Positions 12,392 to 26,500 are shown, counted from the stretch's first letter. The stretch: 64,000 nt of DNA from Fistulifera solaris (GCA_030295235.1 AP026129.1:1302001-1366000), one strand, 5' to 3'. Notes: generated from the letters alone by a model not told the origin. Numbers and translations: made by a program.

Positions 12392-13491
12392 ATGAAACGA
12401 TTCCTCATGTTATTTGTGACCATTTTGTGCCAGTTGGTGGAACCAATTGGTGCGTTTGTGCCCTTCTTTCGAAACCTCGACATCATTGCACGTGTCTCGC
12501 GACGAATAATACGCCCATCATCACCATGGATAAAATTCAAGGTGTGCGCGACATGGTCGATTCATACGATGTTTTTTTACTGGATATGTGGGGTGTATTG
12601 CACGATGGTCACACACCGTATCCGGGTGTGTTGGAAGCAATTTCCCGCTTGAAACAGGCGGGCAAAGAACTCATCATTGTATCGAATTCCAGCAAACGAC
12701 AAGACCATGCGGTGCAAATGTTACAAAAACTCGGTTTTGATCCGCAGGATTTTGCACAAATTATTACGTCCGGGGAAGTTACCTTCCAAATGATGCAGGG
12801 GAAATGGTCGAGTCGAGGATTTTTGCCGACCACCAAAAAGGTTTGCGTCTTGGGGAGTGGTGACGGGGATGTCGAATATTGCACCCGTGCGGGATGGGAA
12901 GTGGTACCCGTCGAAGAAGCGGCACTCCTTCTGGCACGGGGAACGTTTACCGTCCATGATGGTAGTGTCGAAATTCACAAACGAACCAATCCGGAGGCCT
13001 ATCATCAAGCGCTCGAAGCAACACTCCAAACAGCGGCACAGCGGAAATTACCCATGATGGTGGCAAATCCCGATAAAGTACGGCCCGATTTTGAACGTCC
13101 TCCAATGCCCGGAAAACTAGGAGATGATTATGCTCGGTATTTGAAACAACAACAACAACAAGAAGAAGAAGAAGACTTGTTAATTAAACGGATTGGGAAG
13201 CCATTTTCTGATGTCTATGAGTTGGCGCTGCAAGACTCTTCCGTCGACTTGCAACGGGTGGTAATGGTGGGAGACGCATTAGAGACGGATATCACGGGTG
13301 GCAATAGTGTCGGATGTCACTCTCTTTGGGTTTTAAGAGATGGGATTCATGGTCCGGATTTGTCCACGGAGGAATCGTTAGAAGAAGGCGCGAATACAAT
13401 TTTGAACTCATTCAACAACAACTCAGCAAACACCTATGCTCGAGGGAAACGGATCCAACCACAGATGATCATCGAACATTTTGTGTGGTAA
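12392..13491 (+). CDS. HAD-superfamily IIA hydrolase (TIGR01459-like), probably plastid-targeted; one frameshift near the 5' end
   Basis: LLDMWGVLHDG, VSNSSKR, ANPD, GKP, MVGDALETDITGG; the ATG at 12392 gives MKRFLMLFVTILCQLVEPIGA-FVP (signal peptide + ASAFAP-like motif). Confidence 0.85.
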
Positions 13492-13568
13492 CCTTACTAC
13501 AGTGCAAGACATGTTACGATAACGAAGCAGGATGAACAAATAAGAACATTTTTTAGCACAACAAACGT

Positions 13569-16500
13569 TTAACCAGTATTTCCCATTCCGTTCGAGATTC
13601 CCGTGATGGTGGTCAAGAGAGCGTCTTCCAGAACTTTTTCCTCAGGATTGGCTCGAATTCTCTTTAACGTTTCGGCCTGGAGCACATTCAAACAATCAAC
13701 ATAAGGATTACGGACTCCTAGTGCACGCTGCAAAATGAAGTTGTTCTCTCCAAGATTCGTGTGACCGGTCAAATCCAAGACAGCCTTTTCTGTATCCAAA
13801 TGGTATTGACGCGTAATTTCGCCAAGTTCCTTGGCTTTCGGATCGGAGCATAACAATTCCTCGTAGTGCTTTGCAATGGCGGGCTCGGATTTGCTCAAAA
13901 TCATTTCAACGAGATCCACCATTGTTCGGAAACTATCCCATCCTTCATACATGTCTCTCAGAATCGGTGCTTTCGTTTCATCTTTCAAGCAATGATCGAT
14001 CGCATGGCCCACACCAAGCCAGGTGGGCAAATTGAAGCGCGTTTGCGTCCATGCAAAGTTCCAAGGAATGGCTCGCAAACTTTCGACACCACCACCAGCT
14101 TTACGTTTGGCCGGACGGCTACCAATCTTGAGACTAGCAAACTCGGATTCCGGAGTGGCGGCACGGAAATAAGGAACAAATCGTTCGTCACCACGAACGA
14201 CCGCACGGTATGCGGCGCAACTAATATCACTCATTTCTTGCATAAGAGCTCTCCACTCTGGCTTGGGCGCCGGTCGCTTCTTCAAACGCTCCGCCAGCAC
14301 AGCGGCTGTGTAAATGTCGAGAGTGCGCTCTGCGCGTTGGTAGTGGCCGAAATTCTGATGAATCATTTCTCCTTGCTCAGTTACACGGAATTTGCCATTG
14401 ATCGTGTTCGGAGCGTGGCTCATGATCGCAAGGAAGGTCTGAGGATTGCCACCACGTCCAACCGTACCACCTTTTCCATGGAAAAAAGTCATGTCGACAT
14501 TGAATTCTTCCGCTAAATGTCGAAGCGACTCCTGAGTTTGATACTGCGCAAAGATAGCCGAGAGGCGGCCAGCATCCTTGGCACTGTCGCTGTAACCAAT
14601 CATGACCTCCTGTTTTCCTTGAATGATACCCATGTAAACGGGCAGAGAGAACAACTTTCGCATGGTGTCGGTTGCTCCATTCAAATCATCAAGTGTTTCG
14701 AACAAGGGTGCGACACGGAGTGGCTTTTTGACGCCAGCATCCAACTGCAAAAGAAGGACGGCGAGGACATCGCTAGCGCTGGTAGCTTGGCTGATTACGT
14801 AAGCACCCAGCGAACCCTCGGGTTGTTCTGCAATCATGTCATGGATTTCTAGAGTATCACAGCATGTTTCGCTGAAGAACTTGGGGTGCTCTCTCCATAT
14901 TCCCTTACGTAGTAAAGGGCGCTTTGACGCAATCTGCTGCGACAACCATGAAATCTTAGTGTCTTCATCCCAATCACTGTATGATCCGGAGTCCCAAAAA
15001 GCGAGTAATAGAGTCGATCGCTTCCTCATGGCGTCCGCTTTCTTGACGGACATCAAGAGGGATTAACGTCAATCCAAATGCTGTGACTTTGCGAATAATG
15101 TCTGTCAACCGTCCATCAGCGGTGACCGCATTTCCTGTATCACACAAAGAGCGATGCAACACCAGTAATTCCTCCATGAATTCTTCCTTCGACACATAGA
15201 CTCCAGGTGGCGGAGCCATTTCGGGAGACTCGGCCCAGGCTTGTGTTTTTTTCAACTTTTCGATCATGGGACGTAGATACGCACGGTAAGGCTCGCGCGG
15301 ATCGTCTACCTTACTTAGAACTTCGTCTGTTGCAACTGTTATGCTAAGCTCAGAGTACAAGCTTTCTAGGTCCGCAGCAAACAAGCGGGCTGCTTTAGCG
15401 CGGTTTCGTTTGCACACTCGTCGAGTGGTGTCCGGCTTCACATTTGGGTTACCATCGCGGTCCCCTCCCATCCACGATCCGAACTTCAGTACTTGTGAAT
15501 CTAAAGGCAAAGGTTGTCCCAAGTACTGTATGCAGGTAGCATTCAATTTGCGTAAAAAGAGGGGTACTGTGTCCCACAAAACGGTTTCTACCACAAGTGT
15601 TCCGCGCTCAGCTTCGTCTTCCGGTGTTGGCTTGAAGCGACTAACCTCATCTGAGAGCCAAAGACTCGAAATTTCACGCAACAGAGCGTCGTCTAATGCA
15701 GCTTGCTCAAATCCTGATGCATTTCCTTGATCGCGAAGCTTGTCGGCTTGAGTCAAAATGTCCTGGATACGTCTCTGCTTCGAAAGAATTGTTCGGCGGT
15801 TCACTGTAACAGTAGACCAAACCAAGAGTTAGTCAATAATAGAAAAAAAACTGTCAGTGATGTCATTTCATTATCATTTTGCACACAAGTTGTGAAAGCT
15901 TGCGTAAGAAATGTGAGTAAAAACGACAGCCCCACGATCGGCTACAGTAGGCGAAGCCATCACACTACACAAACATCGAGGAGAATGACAAAACGGCAAC
16001 AAATTTGTTTTAACAAACCTTGTGTGGGGTGGGCCGTGAGGATTAGCTCTGTCATTTGGCTTGTTAAGGCTTCGAAAATCTCTTCCGGCTCATGTTCTTT
16101 GAGAAGAGCCGGTAAAACACCACCGCAAGAATCTGGCTTGTTGTACAATCCGGAAGATGCTGTTGTGTATCCCAAACGGCGCACACGATGATGTTGCTCA
16201 GCAGCATTCGCCAATGCCATGAAATGAGTGAAAGCTCGACTCACTCGCTGGAGATCTTGGTTGTCCAAGTTAGCCGCATAAAGAGCCAAGGCTTGGAGCG
16301 CTTCCGGGGTCTTATCGGCGCGCCACTTTTTCGCCAAGGCACGCATCCCTTCCACTTGATGAAGTGTCGATTCTTCCATCACTTTTCCCAACAAACTTCC
16401 CATAGTTCGAATATCACTACGCAACAAAGCATCCGGATCATCCTTTTCCTCGGCTGCCGCTGGCGGAACGAAGAGGGTAGGTTCGGGCTCAGCAAATGAG

Positions 16501-16728
16501 GACAACCTGTAATTGTCGGACGAGGAGAAAGCACGCGTCTGAAATCTCAGCAATGGAGAATGACGAGCGAAAGTCGTAGATTCAGCCGAAGAGGACAGCT
16601 TGTTGCTATTGTAAGACGAGAACGTCGAAAAGCCGAGGGACGAGGCGTAATGAGTCGCCCAAGGGCTGCGTTGCTGCTGTCAACGAGCGAGCGAAGCGGC
16701 TTCGACGAAGTAACAAAGATGAATGCAT
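13569..16728 (-). CDS. PEPC: Phosphoenolpyruvate carboxylase, probably the mitochondrial isoform; intron 15804..16018; frameshifts
   Basis: LTAHPTQ|VNRRT across the intron, WMGGDRDGNP, LFETLDDL, VMIGYSDSAKDAG, FHGKGGTVGRGG, LRAIPW, C-terminal GMGNTG; Arg-rich N-terminus MHSSLLLRRSRFARSL (start inferred). Confidence 0.95.
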
Positions 16729-17535
16729 GTTTCTTTTATTACAAAACAATTTTTTTGAATGCAAAAATGTTCGAGCGAGAAAGATACACTCTTTAGTGTG
16801 CGTCCTTCGCTTTTGGGAAAATAAAATCAAAATGGAGGGCGAACAAAACGTCGGCAGCGAAAACAGAACTTCTACGAGAATGAGGGAAGATTGACCAATG
16901 GCCACGAAAGGTGCTACTTATTATGTCAGAACTATACGTACGATATAAAATAAACTGTAGATTGTCACGTTGCACTGTATCATTAAATTACATTTTGTTT
17001 TACAGTTCTTTGCTGTGACGCTCTCATGATGTCAGTGTACTCGTCCGAATGACGGACAACGTCCATGAAACGGCGCGCAAGGACGGCGCGTAAAAATTTT
17101 GCCTCTTGGTTGATGCAACGTTTTTTTTACGTAGTTACTCAGAGAAGTGTCAGACTGAAATATATGTGAATGAAAAATGGAAAATTCAGTCGATTGTCAA
17201 GATTAGATTCTGACGATTAAAAAATTAGGAATAATATTAGTGGTGGTACAAGAGGCAGAATTTTAACGTCCTATTTAAACTCGTGACTGATCGCACGACT
17301 TCGGTCATAAAAGCGCGCCCTGCCATGACCTCGTTTTCTTTTGTGTCCTTTTCCATTGAGACATTGACAACAACGAAAGGACTCCTCTTCTCACCGGCAT
17401 TTCAAGTGCTTGAGATAGACCTTGCCAGGAAATAAGCATCCTTTTGCCTTCAAAAGTGACAAGAAAGCATATAAGGAGTAACTGGCGTCTCTTCAGCTTG
17501 CACATCTGCCAATATTCCCACCAACTAGCAACATC

Positions 17536-18714
17536 ATGGTTAAAATTATCAATCGTCCAAAGCTCAGTACAGGAAGCAGCACTTTCTATGCCGTCATCGG
17601 TGGCCTCACGGTCACCAGTATTTTCTTATTCTCGCTGTCGGGTGGTGTTGGAGTACCCGACTTTAGCAGCCTGGAAAATTTACAGGGTTCTTCTTACAGT
17701 GGTGCTTTAGTCAGTCATGCCGAGAACGGAATCGCTCTCAAAAGCTGGAGAAAGAAGCTTCGAGAGGCGTGCGAAAATGCCAAAAGTGAATCGGACGTTC
17801 TAGCCATTGAAAAGATCAATAAGCTGGGTTTTGAATATCCTTCGAATCCAGTGGCTCAACCTCGTAATGACAATGCTGTCGTTCGATGCAAGCATGTGGT
17901 GATGGACTTCGGGGCGAATATTGGTGATACCAGCGGTCACGTCATTGACTCGGGCATGATTCCGTGCGACCGAACCAAAGATCTGAAAGCGAAAACATCT
18001 TTTGTACATTTTGATGTCAAAACGAAGCGCTTTGAAAATGCCGCCAATCGCAATCCCCTTACACACAATCTAGTCAACTTGATGACCAAATTTGGGACCT
18101 TGACGGGCCCGGAAGACTACTGCTACTACGGTGTAGAGGGGAATCCGGTCTTCACACAGCGTCTGCAAGCCATTGAAGATTTTGTCATGAGTATGCGGCC
18201 GCGACCCATTCAACACATGCACTTTTTCACCGAGTCCGTGGGAGCCGGAGAAGATGGCATGACGAAACTCTATCTGGATACGGTCAACACGGATCAAAAT
18301 TTCTGGGGATCGTCCATATTCAAAGATCATCAAGATGTCCGAAAAAGTGCCGAAGAGGCCGGAAAATCAGCCGATACTATTGCGGCGGACGTGATGGGTT
18401 ACACAATTGGAACTTTGATGAGAAAGACTTTAATTGCGTTTGATCCTGCCGCATCACCCGAGGAAAGGAAAGGAAATCATCTGGTGTTAAAAGTCGATAT
18501 TGAGGGTGGCGAGTACCCATTGTTACATCAAGCCGTCGAAGAAGGAACATTGTGCGAGTTTACGAAAATGGGAAACACGGCTGACCTCTTCATTGAGTTT
18601 CATAGTGCGCGAGTGACAGGCAAACACGATTATGTAGGGAAAACAAAGCAGATGAAAGAAGCGTTGGAAAAATGCGGAGTTACATTCCGTAACTTGGCAG
18701 CGTGGTGGGCGTAA
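17536..18714 (+). CDS. Type II membrane protein with an FkbM-like SAM methyltransferase domain (392 aa)
   Basis: N-terminal TM segment FYAVIGGLTVTSIFLFSL; MDFGANIGD, YGVEGNP, LKVDIEGGEY, LFIEFH. Confidence 0.75.
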   Translation: MVKIINRPKLSTGSSTFYAVIGGLTVTSIFLFSLSGGVGVPDFSSLENLQGSSYSGALVSHAENGIALKSWRKKLREACENAKSESDVLAIEKINKLGFEYPSNPVAQPRNDNAVVRCKHVVMDFGANIGDTSGHVIDSGMIPCDRTKDLKAKTSFVHFDVKTKRFENAANRNPLTHNLVNLMTKFGTLTGPEDYCYYGVEGNPVFTQRLQAIEDFVMSMRPRPIQHMHFFTESVGAGEDGMTKLYLDTVNTDQNFWGSSIFKDHQDVRKSAEEAGKSADTIAADVMGYTIGTLMRKTLIAFDPAASPEERKGNHLVLKVDIEGGEYPLLHQAVEEGTLCEFTKMGNTADLFIEFHSARVTGKHDYVGKTKQMKEALEKCGVTFRNLAAWWA

Positions 18715-19429
18715 TAATAATATACAATCAAACGATGAAACTGTTTTCTTAAATATGTGGTATATTTCCAAAATATGCTCGCGTGCTTTTACTCATCTGC
18801 CAAGTTTTTGTGTTACCGAAACGAATCATGACAAAGGCGTGTCCTGGAAGTGATGACAATTGGCAGAGTTATTCTCGCCACAAAGCGGACGCTCTAAACG
18901 ATCAGTGGGTTTCGGGAGCAAAGAACACTGGAGGGTCCTTGGCAAACAAGACTACCTTCATGTCGATGCTGCCGCTAATCGTGCAAATGACAGTGCATGG
19001 GACATGACGTTCACAGAGGGAACGGGACAAAAGGAAGCTGAATCAACAACTCAGGAATGAAATTCAGTCTTGAGCTATTTGCGGGGTTTATTGTCACGGT
19101 TCGCGCGGTCCGAAACGAGCCCAAAATTATGACTTTTTATATATAGTTGTGGTGTACCGGTTTTACTATGTTGTAAGACAAAAGGTTTAGCAATTGACTT
19201 CGTTCGGACAATGTTCACACAAAAACTCAGAGACCGCAGAAGCCTATTATACTCGGACAAAAGATGTCCTCCATCATCGTTGGGAGTTTTCTCTGTCCTT
19301 TTTTTCTTCATCTCATCATCGTTGGCTTCATTCTTCGTCGTCTCCATGATTATTTCTCCCTTATCGATCGCGTCTGTGTGATTTTTATATCCAAAAGGTA
19401 AACCTTTCCCCCCTTTTTTATACAAACAA

Positions 19430-22400
19430 ATGAGAAGCAAGCGATTGGGGCGATTGCAACTTTCACTATTGGGATGCGTCCTCTTGGCACACCATTCCGT
19501 CGTTCATTCTCAACCCGAAGGCGTTATTACAATTCCTCCACGGATCCTGGAATGTCCGCAAGATGAAACAGATGTAGTGGACTGCCCTACCGTCGGTGCA
19601 TTGACCTCTTTAGAGATTACTACGGCTGTTCGACTGCGGAGAAGTTCCGATGTCTGTATGTTATTCAACAACTTGGGCGAACCGATGGCTCGCAGTTACA
19701 ATGGACATGCTTGGGAAGCCTATTTCAATACCGCCACGCCACAAGCTTCACAGATATCGTGTGATTGTTCGACTTGTATTTTGCAAGGCTTGCCGGTGGG
19801 TGAATATCAACTGATTTCGCAAGCCCATACACGGGCGCCGGTCGATGAATACGCACGATTTCTGGAACAGGCTACGTTTGGTCCTCGTATGGTCGATTTA
19901 CAATCCTTTACAACTCCCGAAGAATGGATCATGGAACAAATGAAATTGCCCATGACATCGCATCGCGCCATATATCGTAGACACTGGAATCATCGTTTTC
20001 CGCATTCGTCCTATCAAGGATTGGTGACACATCCCTGTGCGTACGGAACACGTTATCGACAAGCGGCCTTTTCTGATAAAGATTGGAAGAAATATATCAC
20101 AATAAGAAGCCTTTCCGATAGTCGGAAAGAATTGTCTATCGAAGGACATGTCCGTACCGTCATTGAAGCACGCACACTCCATATTCGGCCTCCGGAAGAA
20201 GGATTCGAAATCGGTGATGGCGAGTAAGTAGTATGCAATAGAAAAAACATTGGGCAATTTGTTTGAATCCGTCGCTGAGGCCTTTCAATTTCAACAGTTA
20301 CGCCATTTGTCAACGACTGCGTGCAATTGTGGGTTCCGAGTTGCATCTCTTGCATCCGGAATCGGGAAATTGTTTTCATTTGTATACAGATGGAGTGGCG
20401 AAAGGGGTGCCGGAAGTCCATTTGCCTGGTACCGAAAGTCAATCACAAGTGATAGTCAATTTGCCGGAAGAATTGGTGCAACCCATCGATACGCAGTATT
20501 ACAATGGGTCGGTTTCCGAATTGTTTGTGTCCACTGCTCTCAACGATCCTGTCTGTGCTACTTTACCGAATGTTACGGGGATGCCCGAAAAATCCGTCTT
20601 TGGTTTGTATCAAGGGAAATATTATATACACGATCCGCGCTATGTGGTGTTGGACAATACACTGGAATCACCGAATACAGATGGTAGTGCGGTACGTTTG
20701 ACTCAAGGTGCCACCGATGAGCTGTACCGAGTCCGTTGTAGCAGTGCACCAATTACATTCGTTAATGAAGCCTATTGCACAATAGCGCACGAATCGGCTT
20801 GTGTTTCTTCCGAATTCGATACACGCGTTTCCGTCGATTTGACGGTGGATACGTTAAGTGCCGCCTACCCCGAACGTTACGTCTATGCCGTCACTGGATT
20901 ACGGCAAGACCCGGCTGTTGTGCCAACGCCCTGTACTCCAGGCGCACTTTCACGATGGATACCGGTGGATGGTGCGATCTGTGCGAGTACATGGGTTACT
21001 GCACAAACACAGAAAGCACTGGCACGATTGCTTCGTCGATCCACCGACCAAAATGAGTTGTTGCGCGATGTTCTGTTTCCGCAGTTAAGCGAGCCCTTTA
21101 ATTGTGATCAGGCCGATGTCCAAGAATACGACTTCTCTGTTCTCGTCGATGGCACGTGTTGGCAAAACGTCCATCCTTTGCATTGGCAAATCTTCGATTT
21201 CACCGACTGGGTGGTGAATCATCCCGGTGGGGCAAGTTCAATTCAACAATTCGCGTTGGACGGAACTTTCATTTTAAAGTTCCCCGATTGGCACGAGATG
21301 GATCGCTTCTATACGACTCTCGAGAGCCAAGGAATCGTTCGTTTAGGTCGCTTGGGTGACTCGATTGTATTGGCTGATTCACCGCCCGCCGCCGATGCCT
21401 TTGCAAGTGTAACGAGTACTACTCGCGTCGGTTCAACTCTTACGTGTGGTAGTCCGTTCGAAGTAGCCAATGAACCGTCTTTAGGTGGTAGTATTTATCA
21501 AGGGGGGATTCGACGGAGCGACTGAGTACAATGACACCACTATCGAGGAAGACTTGGAACATCAGAGAACGAGCGTTTGGATGGACGTGGCTTTGACAGC
21601 GCCCGATCAATTGCGGCAAAAGATGGCTTGGGCTCTCAGTCAGATCTTTGCTGTTGGTCCAACAGCTATCGAGGCGTGGTTCTCAAGTGAAAATTTTCTC
21701 ACCTTTTATGACATTTTTGTTCGGCACGCGTTTGGAAATTATCGAGATGTGTTGAAGGAGGTGTCGTACAGTCCGCTTATGGCCGAACAATTAACGTTTT
21801 TGAACAATCAAGGGACAAATTTTGTTTTTTCAGATCAGAAAATACTGCAATCACCCGATGAGAACTTTGCGCGAGAAGCTATGCAAATTTTGTCTGTAGG
21901 AGTCTATTTGCTCAACAATGACGGGACGTGGGTGCTGGACGGGAACGGCAATCCTGTCCCAACCTATTCAAATGCAGACATTGTGGAATACTCCCGAATG
22001 TGGACGGGATTCCAGCAACAGGTGATTCGCGGGAACGTAGAGTCGTGGTCCATGTGTAAGTGTGATAGGTGCTGCGAAAGAAGAAGAAGAATCGGTGTGA
22101 AGGACTTTCTAACGTCGCTTGTTTCCAGGGAAAGGAAGTCTGGTCGATCCGATGATGATTAATATTCGTGCGCGCGACAATTTGCCGAAGGTACGTAGGA
22201 GCTGCCCATCAGCTTTCTTATGTGATCTAAAGTCGTCACTTACACCCACGACAGATGGGATTGAATCGAACGTATGTTGGCGACGGTTACCCGCTCTGCA
22301 AGCATTTGCCCGCCCAACACTTTTTGAAAATCGGAGCAACCTATCGATTACTAGGATCGACGCCAAATCCTCGTTTGCTAGCCGAGCACGAGACTTGGTA

Positions 22401-25400
22401 CAATAGCTCTACCACGAAACGTTTGAAGCTTGCGCCGGACTCGGCTTTGTTTCCGAAACTATGCCAACCTTCGGAAGATGGTTCTTGTCAATACAAAACT
22501 GTCATTGAGCTCGATGAAAACGTGGTGTGCACGGGTGTCGAATGTGAAGTAGACTCGCTACGAATCATTGAAGTCACCGATGGATTGTTTTACGAGTACT
22601 CTCGTCAACCATGCGTGGAACAGGCGTTCTATAGTAATCCTTCCATGATGCGTCTCAACTGGCACATCTTTTTCTGCGGCGACCCGGAAGTAGAGTCTGG
22701 TTCAGTGGCTTGTTGTGATGGCGAAAATGATGGAGCAACGATGGAATTCAATTTATTCGACGGAGAACGAACGACTTATGCCACTGCCGAGCAGCGTTGT
22801 ACCGAAAATGGTAAAAATCTGTGCCGAGTTCCTTGGTGGGAATGCGACAACTGCGATGTGAAACTAGGTGTATGGACCAACATGGGTTGCGCACATCAAG
22901 TCAAGATCGGTCTTGATGGCAAAGTGGGTATTGTACATCATGTGGACGTGGAGGAGGTAGATCTCGAGCATATTCATTACAATGTCCGCCAAGACACCAA
23001 AACGACCTTTCGAGTGGATTGGGAAGGGCCCATCGACGTGTTTCTAGCATCCTACGAAACGGAATGCGTAGCACATGGATGCACGCGAGATTCGTTCGAT
23101 AATCTCTGCTTATGTTCCGTTTCAGTCGAAGAAAGCCAAGTGTTTACATCGCCCCCGACCAGAGACGAAGTATTGGATCAGTTGAACATTGGATCTTTTT
23201 CTCCCGATATTTTGGACGAGACGTACCAGAAAGATGACCTAGGAAACGGCGTCCATATGTATTCCACCGATGGTCAACTTTCCGCTCGCTCGATTTTCGA
23301 AGTCAAAGATAAGCTGAACATTGTTCATTTGCGAATGAACATGAGGTCCACCGTTACGGTGGGGTCGAAGAACGCTATGTCCTTTCGAAATCCAGTTCAT
23401 TTCATGTCTTTGGTTTACCCCGAGCTGCGCGATGCGGTTTATGAGACCGATGCCGGGATTGATCATTATATGGTAAGTGGACAAATGATACCTGGTGAAC
23501 GATGATTTATACACTGGTCGCTAACTCAATCCTCTATCATGAATTCGAAGCAACACCCAAATACAGCTCCCTTTATATCCATTCGCTTGCTACAACGTTT
23601 CGGAATTTCCAATCCGTCACCTCGTCTTATCAAATCGGTAGCAGCTGCATTTGTAAATGGACGATATTATTCAGCGGATGGCATGTCTTTTGGTTCCGGA
23701 GAATACGGCGACTTGACCGCGACCATTGCAGCCATTCTGTTGAACCGTGAGTCGCGCACTGTGGCACTAGATGCGGATCCGACCCATGGTTCACTGCAAG
23801 AACCGTTCCTTCGTCTGGTTCGCGCCATGCGCAGTCTCCAATTTCAACCAACTGAAGATGCACCTTTTGTTCGCTTTGCTGTCCCCCCTGAACGATGCAA
23901 TTGGACAGCAGTCTCACAAACTTCCTGACATATTTTCTTTCTTCAAACCCGAATATGTTCCTTCGGGTACGTACTTCTTTGCGCGGCGTGGAAACTTAGC
24001 CCATCCGGCGCCTCGACGCTTACAATCGCTCGCTTGTTATTGCAGGTCCCATCGGAAATGCGCTTCTGTATTGTCCGGAATGTATGGTACAATCTGGACC
24101 CCGAGCTGTCGCATTGATGAACGGCTTGTATACGTTGGTCAAATATGGTCTCCGCTCCGACTATGGCGGTTTTGGTTTTCCAGAGGTAGGACCGTTTGTC
24201 CAAGGTGACTACAATGCATCGCAGGGCTATCTGACGCATCAGCCGGATGTCACTCTCAATTCACTTCAAGTGGTCGATGAGTTGGCCACTTTGTTGACAG
24301 CGGGTCGTCTGGATGCCGCGAAACGGAGCAAATTGGTCGAATTGTACGATACCGCCGTGTCGCGTTTGGAAGGATTTTTGTCCATCCTTCAAGTCATGAT
24401 GATTACACCGGAATTTCACACGACCGGTTTGTCGCAAAACACGGGAGGGGTCATGCCACCCGCCGATCCCGTGGTTCCCAATACGAAACCATACAAAGCG
24501 GTCATTTATCTCATGTTGGAAGGTGGTATGGACTCCTACAATATGTTGGTACCGCAAGTGTGCAGTGGGGCGAATGCGGCCGGGGTGACGGTCGATCAGC
24601 AATACCAACAAGAACGCGGGGAATTGGCGTTGGAAGAGGATGCGCGTGGCGTTACTATTGAAGCACAGGGACAGCCATGTTCGACCTTTGCCCTGCATGA
24701 CGAATTAACGTTATTTAAAGAACTGTACGACGCTGGTGAATTAATGTTTTTGGCAAATGTCGGGACAGTCGACGAATCCGATATTACGAAAGACAATTAT
24801 ATTGAAAAAACACGCTTCCAATTGTTTGCGCACAATCATATGCAAGTCGAGGTGAAGACAGTGGATCCGAAAGTCACTGACCGCGGGACGGGTGTCTTGG
24901 GTCGTCTGGCGAGTGTTTTGCATGACAAAGGATACGCTACGGGCTCCACTTCGATTGACGATGCTTCCGTGACCGTCCAAGCCGCGCAATTACGGCAACC
25001 GATGCAGCAGATTGTGAGTCGCATGGGCGTGGCGACATTTGATGAAAAACCCGAAACCGAAACGGTGAATATGAAACAATTTGCCGAAGAAGTGAATGCA
25101 CAAGCCGGAGCATACGATTCCTTGTTTGGACAAACCTGGTCGGCACAAATCGTGAATGGCATCCGTGATGCAGATTTACTTGAGAGTCAGTTAGAAACGA
25201 CGCAACTAGGAGAACACTGGCCAACAGAATCGTGGATTTTGGCCGATTTTGGATACCATTTCAGTACACTGGCGCGACTAATTCAAGCTCGGACGCAGCG
25301 TGGTGTCGAACGCGATGTATTCTATATGGAAAGTCTAGCATGGGATCATCACACCGGAATGAAAGCGGATTTACGACGCAAATTCGGTTACATGAATGAA

Positions 25401-25799
25401 GGTTTGGGATGGTTGGTACAAGAACTGAAGGAGCAAGGTGTCTGGCAAGATGTAACCCTGGTCATCGCATCGGAATTCGGTCGAACTCTCACTCCTAACT
25501 CGGGCCAGGGATCAGATCACGGATGGGGTGGTCATTATGTGATGATGGGCGGCGATGTTCAAGGAGGACGCATCGTCGGTGAATATCCTACGGATTTAAC
25601 TGACACGGGCCCTTTAAACATTGGACGGGGACGCATCATGCCGACTATGAGTTGGGATGCTGTATGGAACGGTGTAGCGCAGTGGATGGGTGTTACAGAA
25701 GAGGCCGAGCTAGAAGCCATTCTTCCGAATCGAAAAGCATCTACCGGAGGCCCGTTTATGGATTTGATGACTGAAGCCGACCTGTTCGAGGCCAGATAG
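19430..25799 (+). CDS. Large secreted DUF1800-DUF1501 fusion protein (about 2000 aa); introns 20224..20297, 22056..22128, 22191..22254, 23473..23550, 23967..24045
   Basis: Signal peptide; DUF1800 motifs ARFLEQATFGP, DQLRQKMAWALSQI, PDENFAREAMQ, HPNTAPFIS.RLLQRF..SNPSP; DUF1501 motifs KAVIYLMLEGGMDSYNMLVP, LFAHN, WDHH, SEFGRTL, GSDHGWG; the five GT-AG introns restore frame; additional indels remain. Confidence 0.9.
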
Positions 25800-26458
25800 C
25801 TTAATTTGTCGATTGAAACATTATAGAAGCATTCCATAATTTCACAAAACTCCCGATCTTTGCTCGCTAAGGTGTTTCTCCCCATCCAGGTTTCAGTTTG
25901 TACAGAAAGTTGGGCAGTTTTTGACCATACGATCAACACAAACAATCTGTGACACATCCTTTGCATCCGACACCACTGCGATTTTCCTCCTGGCACGTGT
26001 GCCAGTTTTGATGATTTACAAAGGCATCGTTCCGCCCCAGCAGTAAGTAGTCTGTCTCTCTTTTAGAAGGAGAAAACGTGCGGTTCTTCAAATGAATGAC
26101 ACAGCGTGGCAAACTGATAGCTGCGAAAGTTGTATTCGGTCGAACGCTGTTGTCACCTCCACAAGCGAAACCGTCTTCGTAATGATGAGGAGCCGTCGTC
26201 GTTTCGTGAAGACACTTCGGCTTATTTCAAATATGCTCGATTCCAATTCCATCCGCGGGATGATTTTTGCTTTTGTTGGTCCGTGATACGGAGTAGCAGC
26301 TAAATTAAAACATTGGTGTGAAAAAGAGGGCGGTGTGAAAAAGAGGGCGAATGAGAAGATTGTTCCGTGTTGCAGCTTGCAGCTTCCGTTTCATTGTTCT
26401 TTTTTTTCGGATTATGGGTATCGGTATTGGTATTGGGCATGAGTGGTAACAAAGCACA

Positions 26459-26460
<2 letters not shown>

Positions 26461-26499
<39 letters not shown>
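26461..26499. repeat. (GAT)13 microsatellite
   Basis: Read directly. Confidence 0.95.
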
Positions 26500-26500
<1 letters not shown>

